From Nemertoderma westbladi (taxonomy: Eukaryota > Animalia > Xenacoelomorpha): 64,000 nt of DNA. The stretch covers positions 26,735-90,734 of the forward strand of contig JAUCBJ010008895.1 of the NCBI GenBank assembly GCA_032718475.1, given 5' to 3'. Of the stretch, positions 30,401 to 42,679 are shown piece after piece. Below the pieces are notes generated by a model. That model was given only the letters and a program-made list of their open reading frames with translations. It made no database searches and was not told the DNA's origin. A program made the translations under genes and the position numbers. How positions within the stretch are numbered: position 1 is the first letter of the stretch; every line of letters starts with the position of its first letter.

Positions 30401-33400
30401 CTGGAGAATGTTTCATTCTATAGTTGATAAGTACAGCAGACTGGCTGGATAATGTTTCATTCTATAGTCAGTAAGTATAGCAGACTGCTGGATAATGTTT
30501 TATTCTACAGTCGGTAAGTATAGCAGACTGCTGGATAATGTTTTATTCTATAGTCGGTAAGTAGAGCAGACTGCTGGAGAATGTTTCATTCTATAGTCGG
30601 TAAGTATAGCAGACTGCTGGAGAATGTGTCATTCTATAGTTGATAAGTACAGCAGACTGGCTGGATAATGTTTCATTCTATAGTCGGTAATTATAGCAGA
30701 CTGCTGGATAATGTTTCATTCTATAGTTGATAAGTGCAGCAGACTGCTGGAGAATGTTTCATTCTATAGTTGATAAGTACAGCAGACTGGCTGGATAATG
30801 TTTCATTCTATAGTCGGTAAGTATAGCAGACTGCTGGATAATGTTTCTTTCTATAGTTGATAAGTACAGCAGACTGGCTGGATAATGTTTCATTCTATAG
30901 TCGGTAAGTATAGCAGACTGCTGGATAATGTTTCATTCTATAGTTGATAAGTGCAGCAGACTGCTGGAGAATGTTTCATTCTATAGTTGATAAGTACAGC
31001 AGACTGGCTGGATAATGTTTCATTCTATAGTCGGTAAGTATAGCAGACTGCTGGATAATTTTTCATTCTATAGTCGGTAAGTATAGCAGACTGCTGGATA
31101 ATGTTTCATTCTATAGTTGATAAGTACAGCAGACTGGCTGGATAATGTTTCATTCTATAGTCGGTAAGTATAGCAGACTGCTGGATAATGTTTCATTCTA
31201 TAGTTGATAAGTGCAGCAGACTGCTGGAGAATGTTTCATTCTATAGTTGATAAGTACAGCAGACTGGCTGGATAATGTTTCATTCTATAGTCGGTAAGTA
31301 TAGCAGACTGCTGGATAATGTTTCATTCTATAGTTGATAAGTGCAGCAGACTGCTGGAGTATGTTTCATTCTATAGTTGATAAGTACAGCAGACTGGCTG
31401 GATAATGTTTCATTCTATAGTCGGTAAGTATAGCAGACTGCTGGATAATGTTTCATTCTATAGTTGATAAGTACAGAAGACTGCTGGATAATGTTTCATT
31501 CTATACTTGATAAGTGCAGCAGACTGCTGGAGAATGTTTCATTCTATAGTTGATAAGTACAGCAGACTGGCTGGATAATGTTTCATTCTATAGTCGGTAA
31601 GTATAGCAGACTGCTGGATAATGTTTCATTCTATAGTTGATAAGTGCAGCAGACTGCTGGAGAATGTTTCATTCTATAGTTGATAAGTACAGCAGACTGG
31701 CTGGATAATGTTTCATTCTATAGTCGGTAAGTATAGCAGACTGCTGGATAATGTTTCATTCTATAGTTGATAAGTGCAGCAGACTGCTGGAGAATGTTTC
31801 ATTCTATAGTTGCTAAGTACAGCAGACTGGCTGGATAATGTTTCATTCTATAGTCGGTAAGTATAGCAGACTGCTGGATAATGTTTCATTCTATAGTTGA
31901 TAAGTGCAGCAGACTGCTGGAGAATGTTTCATTCTATAGTTGATAAGTACAGCAGACTGGCTGGATAATGTTTCATTCTATAGTCGGTAAGTATAGCAGA
32001 CTGCTGGATAATGTTTCATTCTATAGTTGATAAGTGCAGCAGACTGCTGGAGAATGTTTCATTCTATAGTCGGTAAGTATAGCAGACTGCTGGATAATGT
32101 TTCATTCTATAGTTGATAAGTACAGAAGACTGCTGGAGAATGTTTCATTCTATAGTTGATAAGTGCAGCAGACTGCTGGAGAATGTTTCATTCTATAGTT
32201 GATAAGTACAGCAGACTGGCTGGATAATGTTTCATTCTATAGTCGGTAAGTATAGCAGACTGCTGGATAATGTTTCATTCTATAGTTGATAAGTGCAGCA
32301 GACTGCTGGAGAATGTTTCATTCTATAGTTGATAAGTACAGCAGACTGGCTGGATAATGTTTCATTCTATAGTCGGTAAGTATAGCAGACTGCTGGATAA
32401 TGTTTCATTCTATAGTTGATAAGTGCAGCAGACTGCTGGAGAATGTTTCATTCTATAGTTGATAAGTACAGCAGACTGGCTGGATAATGTTTCATTCTAT
32501 AGTCGGTAAGTATAGCAGACTGCTGGATAATTTTTCATTCTATAGTTGATAAGTACAGAAGACTGCTGAATAATGTTTCATTCTATACTTGATAAGTGCA
32601 GCAGACTGCTGGAGAATGTTTCATTCTATAGTTGATAAGTACAGCAGACTGGCTGGATAATGTTTCATTCTATAGTCGGTAAGTATAGCAGACTGCTGGA
32701 TAATGTTTCTTTCTATAGTTGATAAGTGCAGCAGACTGCTGGAGAATGTTTCATTCTATAGTTGATAAGTACAGCAGACTGGCTGGATAATGTTTCATTC
32801 TATAGTCGGTAAGTATAGCAGACTGCTGGATAATGTTTCATTCTATAGTTGATAAGTGCAGCAGACTGCTGGAGAATGTTTCATTCTATAGTTGATAAGT
32901 ACAGCAGACTGGCTGGATAATGTTTCATTCTATAGTCGGTAAGTATAGCAGACTGCTGGATAATGTTTCATTCTATAGTTGATAAGTGCAGCAGACTGCT
33001 GGAGAATGTTTCATTCTATAGTTGATAAGTACAGCAGACTGGCTGGATAATGTTTCATTCTATAGTCGGTAAGTATAGCAGACTGCTGGATAATGTTTCA
33101 TTCTATAGTTGATAAGTACAGAAGACTGCTGGAGAATGTTTCATTCTATAGTTGATAAGTACAGCAGATTGCTGGAGAATGTTTCATTCTATAGTTGATA
33201 AGTACAGCAGACTGCTGGAGAATGTTTCATTCTATAGTTGATAAGTACAGCAGACTGCTGGAGAATGTTTCATTCTATAGTTGATAAGTGCAGCAGATTG
33301 CTGGAGAATGTTTCATTCTATAGTTGATAAGTACAGCAGACTGCTGGAGAATGTTTCATTCTATAGTTGATAAGTACAGCAGACTGCTGCAGAATGTTTC

Positions 33401-36400
33401 ATTATATAGTTGATAAGTACTGTACAGCAGACTGCTGGAGAATGTTTCATTCTATAGTTGATAAGTGGCGCAGATTGCTGGAGAATGTTTCATTCTATAG
33501 TTGATAAGTACAGCAGACTGCTGGAGAATGTTTCATTCTATAGTTGATAAGTACAGCAGACTGCTGGAGAATGTTTCATTCTATAGTTGATAAGTGCAGC
33601 AGATTGCTGGAGAATGTTTCATTCTATAGTTGATAAGTACAGCAGACTGCTGGAGAATGTTTCATTCTATAGTTGATAAGTGCAGCAGACTGCTGGAGAA
33701 TGTTTCATTCTATAGTTGATAAGTACAGCAGACTGGCTGGATAATGTTTCATTCTATAGTCGGTAAGTATAGCAGACTGCTGGATAATGTTTCATTCTAT
33801 AGTTGATAAGTACAGCAGACTGGCTGGATAATGTTTCATTCTATAGTCGGTAAGTATAGCAGACTGCTGGATAATGTTTCATTCTATAGTTGATAAGTGC
33901 AGCAGACTGCTGGAGAATGTTTCATTCTATAGTTGATAAGTACAGCAGACTGGCTGGATAATGTTTCATTCTATAGTCGGTAAGTATAGCAGACTGCTGG
34001 ATAATGTTTCATTCTATAGTTGATAAGTGCAGCAGACTGCTGGAGAATGTTTCATTCTATAGTTGATAAGTACATCAGACTGGCTGGATAATGTTTCATT
34101 CTATAGTCGGTAAGTATAGCAGACTGCTGGATAATGTTTCATTCTATAGTTGATAAGTACAGAAGACTGCTGGATAATGTTTCATTCTATACTTGATAAG
34201 TGCAGCAGACTGCTGGAGAATGTTTCATTCTATAGTTGATAAGTACAGCAGACTGGCTGGATAATGTTTCATTCTATAGTCGGTAAGTATAGCAGACTGC
34301 TGGATAATGTTTCATTCTATAGTTGATAAATGCAGCAGACTGCTGGAGAATGTTTCATTCTATAGTTGATAAGTACAGCAGACTGGCTGGATAATGTTTC
34401 ATTCTATAGTCGGTAAGTATAGCAGACTGCTGGATAATGTTTCATTCTATAGTTGATAAGTGCAGCAGACTGCTGGAGAATGTTTCATTCTATAGTTGAT
34501 AAGTACAGCAGACTGGCTGGATAATGTTTCATTCTATAGTCGGTAAGTATAGCAGACTGCTGGATAATGTTTCATTCTATAGTTGATAAGTGCAGCAGAC
34601 TGCTGGAGAATGTTTCATTCTATAGTTGATAAGTACAGCAGACTGGCTGGATAATGTTTCATTCTATAGTCGGTAAGTATAGCAGACTGCTGGATAATGT
34701 TTCATTCTATAGTTGATAAGTGCAGCAGACTGCTGGAGAATGTTTCATTCTATAGTTGATAAGTACAGCAGACTGGCTGGATAATGTATCATTCTATAGT
34801 CGGTAAGTATAGCAGACTGCTGGATAATGTTTCATTCTATAGTTGATAAGTGCAGCAGACTGCTGGAGAATGTTTCATTCTATAGTTGATAAGTACAGCA
34901 GACTGGCTGGATAATGTTTCATTCTATAATCGGTAAGTATAGCAGACTGCTGGATAATGTTTCATTCTATAGTTGATAAGTGCAGCAGACTGCTGGAGAA
35001 TGTTTCATTCTATAGTTGATAAGTACAGCAGACTGGCTGGATAATGTTTCATTCTATAGTCGGTAAGTATAGCAGACTGCTGGATAATGTTTCATTCTAT
35101 AGTTGATAAGTACAGAAGACTGCTGGAGAATGTTTCATTCTATAGTTGATAAGTGCATCAGACTGCTGGAGAATGTTTCATTCTATAGTTGATAAGTACA
35201 GCAGACTGGCTGGATAATGTTTCATTCTATAGTCGGTAAGTATAGCAGACTGCTGGATAATGTTTCATTCTATAGTTGATAAGTGCAGCAGACTGCTGGA
35301 GAATGTTTCATTCTATAGTTGATAAGTACAGCAGACTGGCTGGATAATGTTTCATTCTATAGTCGGTAAGTATAGCAGACTGCTGGATAATGTTTCATTC
35401 TATAGTTGATAAGTGCAGCAGACTGCTGGAGAATGTTTCATTCTATAGTTGATAAGTACAGCAGACTGGCTGGATAATGTTTCATTCTATAGTTGATAAG
35501 TGCAGCAGACTGCTGGAGAATGTTTCATTCTATAGTTGATAAGTACAGCAGACTGGCTGGATAATGTTTCATTCTATAGTCGGTAAGTATAGCAGACTGC
35601 TGGATAATGTTTCATTCTATAGTTGATAAGTGCAGCAGACTGCTGGAGAATGTTTCATTCTATAGTTGATAAGTACAGCAGACTGGCTGGATAATGTTTC
35701 ATTCTATAGTCGGTAAGTATAGCAGACTGCTGGATAATGTTTCATTCTATAGTTGATAAGTACAGAAGACTGCTGGATAATGTTTCATTCTATACTTGAT
35801 AAGTGCAGCAGACTGCTGGAGAATGTTTCATTCTATAGTTGATAAGTACAGCAGACTGGCTGGATAATGTTTCATTCTATAGTCGGTAAGTATAGCAGAC
35901 TGCTGGATAATGTTTCATTCTATAGTTGATAAATGCAGCAGACTGCTGGAGAATGTTTCATTCTATAGTTGATAAGTACAGCAGACTGGCTGGATAATGT
36001 TTCATTCTATAGTCGGTAAGTATAGCAGACTGCTGGATAATGTTTCATTCTATAGTTGATAAGTACAGAAGACTGCTGGAGAATGTTTCATTCTATAGTT
36101 GATAAGTACAGCAGATTGCTGGAGAATGTTTCATTCTATAGTTGATAAGTACAGCAGACTGCTGGAGAATGTTTCATTCTATAGTTGATAAGTACAGCAG
36201 ACTGCTGGAGAATGTTTCATTCTATAGTTGATAAGTGCAGCAGATTGCTGGAGAATGTTTCATTCTATAGTTGATAAGTACAGCAGACTGCTGGAGAATG
36301 TTTCATTCTATAGTTGATAAGTACAGCAGACTGCTGCAGAATGTTTCATTATATAGTTGATAAGTACTGTACAGCAGACTGCTGGAGAATGTTTCATTCT

Positions 36401-38734
36401 ATAGTTGATAAGTGGCGCAGATTGCTGGAGAATGTTTCATTCTATAGTTGATAAGTACAGCAGACTGCTGGAGAATGTTTCATTCTATAGTTGATAAGTA
36501 CAGCAGACTGGCTGGATAACGTTTCATTCTATAGTCGGTAAGTATAGCAGACTGCTGGATAATGTTTCATTCTATAGTTGATAAGTACAGCAGACTGGCT
36601 GGATAATGTTTCATTCTATAGTCGGTAAGTATAGCAGACTGCTGGATAATGTTTCATTCTATAGTTGATAAGTGCAGCAGACTGCTGGAGAATGTTTCAT
36701 TCTATAGTTGATAAGTACAGCAGACTGGCTGGATAATGTTTCATTCTATAGTCGGTAAGTATAGCAGACTGCTGGATAATGTTTCATTCTATAGTTGATA
36801 AATGCAGCAGACTGCTGGAGAATGTTTCATTCTATAGTTGATAAGTACAGCAGACTGGCTGGATAATGTTTCATTCTATAGTCGGTAAGTATAGCAGACT
36901 GCTGGATAATGTTTCATTCTATAGTTGATAAGTGCAGCAGACTGCTGGAGAATGTTTCATTCTATAGTTGATAAGTACAGCAGACTGGCTGGATAATGTT
37001 TCATTCTATAGTCGGTAAGTATAGCAGACTGCTGGATAATGTTTCATTCTATAGTTGATAAGTGCAGCAGACTGCTGGAGAATGTTTCATTCTATAGTTG
37101 ATAAGTACAGCAGACTGGCTGGATAATGTTTCATTCTATAGTCGGTAAGTATAGCAGACTGCTGGATAATGTTTCATTCTATAGTTGATAAGTGCAGCAG
37201 ACTGCTGGAGAATGTTTCATTCTATAGTTGATAAGTACAGCAGACTGGCTGGATAATGTTTCATTCTATAGTCGGTAAGTATAGCAGACTGCTGGATAAT
37301 GTTTCATTCTATAGTTGATAAGTGCAGCAGACTGCTGGAGAATGTTTCATTCTATAGTTGATAAGTACAGCAGACTGGCTGTATAATGTTTCATTCTATA
37401 GTCGGTAAGTATAGCAGACTGCTGGATAATGTTTCATTCTATAGTTGATAAGTACAGAAGACTGCTGGATAATGTTTCATTCTATACTTGATAAGTGCAG
37501 CAGACTGCTGGAGAATGTTTCATTCTATAGTTGATAAGTACAGCAGACTGGCTGGATAATGTTTCATTCTATAGTCGGTAACTATAGCAGACTGCTGGAT
37601 AATGTTTCTTTCTATAGTTGATAAGTGCAGCAGACTGCTGGAGAATGTTTCATTCTATAGTTGATAAGTACAGCAGACTGGCTGGATAATGTTTCATTCT
37701 ATAATCGGTAAGTATAGCAGACTGCTGGAGAATGTTTCATTCTATAGTTGATAAGTGCAGCAGACTGCTGGAGAATGTTTCATTCTATAGTTGATAAGTA
37801 CAGCAGACTGGCAGGATAATGTTTCATTCTATAGTCGGTAAGTATAGCAGACTGCTGGATAATGTTTCATTCTATAGTTGATAAGTACAGCAGACTGCTG
37901 GAGAATGTTTCATTCTATAGTTGATAAGTGCAGCAGATTGCTGGAGAATGTTTCATTCTATAGTTGATAAGTACAGCAGAATGCTGGAGAATGTTTCATT
38001 CTATAATTGATAAGTACAGCAGACTGCTGGAGAATGTTTCATTATATAGTTGATAAGTACTGTACAGCAGACTGCTGGAGAATGTTTCATTCTATAGTTG
38101 ATAAGTGCCGCAGATTGCTGGAGAATATTTCATTCTATAGTTGATAAGTACAGCAGACTGCTGGAGAATGTTTCATTCTATAGTTAATAAGTACAGCAGA
38201 CTGCTGGAGAATGTTTCATTCTATAGTTGATAAGTGCAGCAGATTGCTGGAGAATGTTTCATTCTATAGTTGATAAGTACAGCAGACTGCTGGAGAATGT
38301 TTCATTCTATAGTTGATAAGTGCAGCAGACTGCTGGAGAATGTTTCATTCTATAGTTGATAAGTACAGCAGACTGGCTGGATAATGTTTCATTCTATAGT
38401 CGGTAAGTATAGCAGACTGCTGGATAATGTTTCATTCTATAGTTGATAAGTACAGCAGACTGCTGGAGAATGTTTCATTCTATAGTTGATAAGTACAGCA
38501 GACTGGCTGGATAATGTTTCATTCTATAGTCGGTAAGTATAGCAGACTGCTGGATAATGTTTCATTCTATAGTTGATAAGTACAGCAGACTGCTGGAGAA
38601 TGTTTCATTCTATAGTTGATAAGTACAGCAGACTGGCTGGATAATGTTTCATTCTATAGTCGGTAAGTATAGCAGACTGCTGGATAATGTTTCATTCTAT
38701 AGTTGATAAGTACAGCAGACTGCTGGAGAATGTT
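3376..38734 (+). repeat. 35.4-kb tandem satellite, 43/44-bp unit, ~820 copies, intronic
   Basis: Consensus ATAGCAGACTGCTGGAGAATGTTTCATTCTATAGTCGGTAAGT, with variants TTGATAAGTAC/TGC, GACTGGCTGG (+1 nt) and GGATAAT. Copy number is estimated from length divided by ~43.3. Confidence 0.99.
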
Positions 38735-39100
38735 AAAGAATGTTTAACAACTCAATCGCAAATAGAGCGAAACAAATTATTTGCCACCAGCGAGGATTGA
38801 GCCGTGTCTGCCGATACACAGGCTAAGGCTAAGTTATAGAGTATTTATTGGAAGATTCGGGTTCGATCCCAACATGTGGTGAATTATTTTTTTCGCACCA
38901 GTTGTTGATCATCCAACATTTGTTGAGATGACTTAATAATTAATTTATATAAAGTTATATTTATTATTTTAATATTTCTATCAAACAATAACTCAAATAC
39001 ACTACACAATTAAACATTAAATTTTTATTTTAAAACAATATATTTATTGTTTCATTAACTTATAACGTACACAAACATTACACAACTTTGTGTTTCGCAG

Positions 39101-39289
39101 GTCGTTTGGAATATTTAAACACGTTAAACAGAAGTTTACAAGATCTAGTTGAGTTTCAGTTGACCATGATTGAATATGGGTTAGGTAATGATAGTCCTCT
39201 AGAAGGAATCAGTTTGGGCAAAATGACCACAGCTTATCGCCAGCAATACGATCTCATAATTAATTCATCACCGTGTTTATCACCTACAG
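39101..39289 (+). CDS. Gene A exon e (first exon after the satellite intron)
   Basis: TGTTTCGCAG acceptor, phase 1 matching exon d, (G)RLEYLNTLNRSLQDLVEFQL...SPCLSPT, CAG|GTAATT donor, phase 1. Confidence 0.8.
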
Positions 39290-40169
39290 GTAATTTATTA
39301 ATCATTTATTTGAATTTATTTATATAAAACATGAAAGGCAATAACTTTAGAATCTTATAGTGCAGCCACAGGGTCAGAAACAAATTTGCATTCTTTAATT
39401 CCGCTAAAAATTATTTCAATATTTAGGTTAAATGCAAAAGATGAAGGTATTCGAACTCTCCAACATGTCCAATGAAAAATACAACATTCAGTCATTTTGT
39501 ACCTAAATATGGCGAATAAGGTGTATCCAATCGAATTGTTAAATTACCAAGCTTTTTATGAATATTATACCAGCATAGCACGTAGGTTTACCAAAGATTC
39601 AATGTACATTTCTACAGAAAGTGGGGCCTTCGCGCAGCACATTTGATCCGATTTGTTATGTCAATTTACCCATCGATATCGGCAGACTGGGTAATTAAAC
39701 CCTCATATATGTGCAGAGAGGATTATAAACATTAGTACCAAATGGCAGAAGGTTGTCTAGCAGCTAACTGATGAGCTGCACACGGACCAGTGTCAACTCA
39801 AAGACGCAGACTGCGTTAAAGTACATATTGGTTACAATAATTCACCAGACCAGCTTTCAAACACACAAAGTTAAAACTACAACAAAATACAATAATATAA
39901 TGGTCTAACAACAACAAAATCATTAATTTTAATTTAATGACCCACCCTCATAACACTGCCAGCTTGCAACGTCCTACATTGTAACTCATACTACGTGGCT
40001 CGCCCCACAAATGGTTACATTCACAAGATACACATGCATTCATACACACGCCTCTATCCACATAGAAACTAAAATGTTCCTATTTATAGGTTTTGGTGTA
40101 TTTGCACGTTTGTTAAAATTATCCAAATTGTTCATTATTATAATCATAAATAATATTGTCCCGTTGCAG

Positions 40170-40516
40170 CTTTCTTCGAATGGTTCCGTTTAAAGATGTC
40201 GGAATGCATCGAGCGAGACGAGGCGACGGCGAACCTGTACCTGGTCGTCGACCCGTCGACCGTGACGAACCTCCGGGCCATAGAGACGGCAACCCGTCAG
40301 CTCGCGGGGGCGCTGTCCGCTGATATAGTCGGCTGCAGTCCGGATGTATCATCGGTGCTCGCGAGTCTGGTGGTACCCCGGAGCGAGAGGGTTCGGGTGC
40401 TGTCTGGGGGCGACAGACGCACCGACTCGCGGAGGCCCCCGGAGAAAAAACAACAGAGACGCCGTCTAGCGGTCGCAAATGGAACTACTAAACGGGATCC
40501 CCTAGCAGATATATAA
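40170..40516 (+). CDS. Gene A terminal exon f
   Basis: CCGTTGCAG acceptor, phase 1, (A)FFEWFRLKMSECIERDE...DPLADI*. GC-rich; AATAAA at ~40618. The six exons sum to 2328 nt = 776 codons with no internal stop. Confidence 0.72.
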
Positions 40517-41418
40517 ATTAACTTATAACTTAGTAGGTCCTACTGTAGTTCAAAATATAATGTACAGCTAGCGTCCCCCTTTATTTAATCTGATTGAAAA
40601 CCTGTTGAAATACGGTAAATAAAATTTTATACGTAAATCAAAATGACTTAGTTATTAATTAACATTCTTTGAGATTTCATATATATATGAAAATGATTTA
40701 TACATGTATAAATGAACCATCCATAAAGAGTATCTCCCTTAACCTTAGAAGCAGACACGGTGGGGTGGGGAGATTAATGTCACGTCACAAATATTTAATT
40801 ATCAATTATTTATGTCACAATGGCGCGTTATTCTAATCAAAACAATAAACTAAGGTCAATGGAACATGTTACAATTTTATTTTTGCTAGTTATCAACTGT
40901 TATTTGTGTCGATTTTCGCCAGGAGAGAGGGGCGCATATTGAACACGTAGAAATTCCCCCGTATTTGGAAAGCCTATGTGGTGGTATGGTGTGATGAAAA
41001 TGTTACAGAACAACATCCATCAATTATGTTCAATCTTGCTTATATTTTAAATAGTAGATTTTGAGGCCTAATCGATTTCAATTTATAGCTGAATTATTTT
41101 TCATGATATTTTCTTATTAAACATTAAAGAAGTGAAAACTTCCCGAAGATTAAAAATCATTTATTGTTCCAAATCAATGGGAACAACATCACTATTCGAT
41201 ATGTTCTATCACAATTTCACGGCAGTCTGCACTTTTTACTAGCGGTGTTTTCAATTAATATATTTTCTGGACGGGTGAATGAATAGCCGTCAACCCAAAT
41301 CGTTTTAGGGCGTAGGTACATGGTAGGTGAAGCATAATCTCATGCTGCCACTTATGTTACAATGGCTAAGCATAAGCGCAAACACACAGAAACACCGTAG
41401 CGCTGTGGAAGCTATCCT

Positions 41419-41432
41419 GTTGCTATGACAAC
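41419..41432. promoter_or_regulatory. RFX X-box-like site upstream of the tetraspanin
   Basis: GTTGCT-AT-GACAAC fits the GTHNYY-AT-RRNAAC X-box consensus, ~300 bp before the ATG. Confidence 0.4.
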
Positions 41433-41734
41433 TCAAACGCCACCCTTCTTGCTCCATATCTCTTAATCAATTTGTCGTTCTGAATTTTCCAGTCCATACA
41501 GACAGAAGATATTACATTATTTATAAATGGATTATTTATTTATTTCAATCCCCAGAATCACCATTACTTACTAAATAATAAAAAAGTACTTTATAAGTTA
41601 CTTTTTTCTTCCAGTTTTTCAAGTTTCGCCTAATACCTATATATTTGCTTAGTTAAATTAAAATGATTTAATGGAAAACTTAATTCAATATATAATACAA
41701 GATTCTTCGAGAGTTATGCAAACGTAAATCCGAC

Positions 41735-42679
41735 ATGTCTAACAGTGAAATTGCATTGGGAAAAAGTCCCTCCTTCCAAGATGATACTGCCCAAGAGACT
41801 AACAAAGACAATGAATATACCCCCAATGACCTCGCCTGGACCATAGTACCGGCCAATAGTTCAACAAGAATCTCTGTTGTTCCGGATAGCGCCGACATAA
41901 AAAACCACGGAGAAAACGGGATCGCCACGAACAAACCGCGTCCCAGCAGCGTCAAAGCAATATCATTGACTCGATTCCTCCAACAACATTCGCACGACAA
42001 CAAACACACAATGTCAGAACGTAAATCAACCATAAAAACGATTGTTGGTTCGTTTATATTCGCCTACATGGTTAGCGGCTGCGTTGTTCTTGCTGTTGGA
42101 ATAGTTCCTTTAGTTAAAGGCGACTATCTATGTTATAAATTCAAACAGTGGTTTCATCTAGCGGAGTTATCTTCTGGTAATATATGCGTGGGAGTGTTTA
42201 TAGTGGGTCTATGCGTGGTATGGATTGTTTTTTATAAAATAACTCGTACCGCGTGTAATATACGTTGTATCGTATCTATGGCGACGGCTGTGATACTTGC
42301 AGAGGTTATTCTTTGTGTAACCGCTTTAGTTTTAAACTCTAATCGAATGTTCGAAATGGGAGACTATCTTGAACATTCGATGACACAGTACGGGAAAGAT
42401 GTTGATGTCACTCGTTGCTGGGACAATATCCAATCAGGGGAGGGTTGTTGCGGCATTGTTAGTCGTAAAGATTGGATACAAATTCTGGGCTCAATCCCGG
42501 AAACATGTAGGAGAAGTGCTCCCGGGTGTCGAACGTCATTCATGGATACGATTTATAAGGAGTTATCGCAAATTGCCGCGGTCAACATTATAGTTATATT
42601 GCTGCAAATTTTGGTTCTTTCAACAGGATTTTGCTGCAGTTTGAACGCTTCCGAAAGGAACGTTGTACAAGTAGCATAA
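41735..42679 (+). CDS. Tetraspanin-family protein, intronless CDS, ~100-aa polar N-terminal extension
   Basis: Four hydrophobic segments. The large loop has WDNIQ-x4-CCG, DW, IPETC and GC before TM4; TM4 has polar Q and is followed by juxtamembrane CC. Confidence 0.88.
   Translation: MSNSEIALGKSPSFQDDTAQETNKDNEYTPNDLAWTIVPANSSTRISVVPDSADIKNHGENGIATNKPRPSSVKAISLTRFLQQHSHDNKHTMSERKSTIKTIVGSFIFAYMVSGCVVLAVGIVPLVKGDYLCYKFKQWFHLAELSSGNICVGVFIVGLCVVWIVFYKITRTACNIRCIVSMATAVILAEVILCVTALVLNSNRMFEMGDYLEHSMTQYGKDVDVTRCWDNIQSGEGCCGIVSRKDWIQILGSIPETCRRSAPGCRTSFMDTIYKELSQIAAVNIIVILLQILVLSTGFCCSLNASERNVVQVA

Noticed and set aside
3376-38734. CRISPR array
   Set aside because: Units are contiguous with no unique spacers, there are no cas genes, and the context is eukaryotic.
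39351-39735. Candidate extra exons of gene A (39351-39426, 39618 onward)
   Set aside because: Weak splice sites and early stops; exon e joins 40170 directly in phase with a better acceptor and coding composition.
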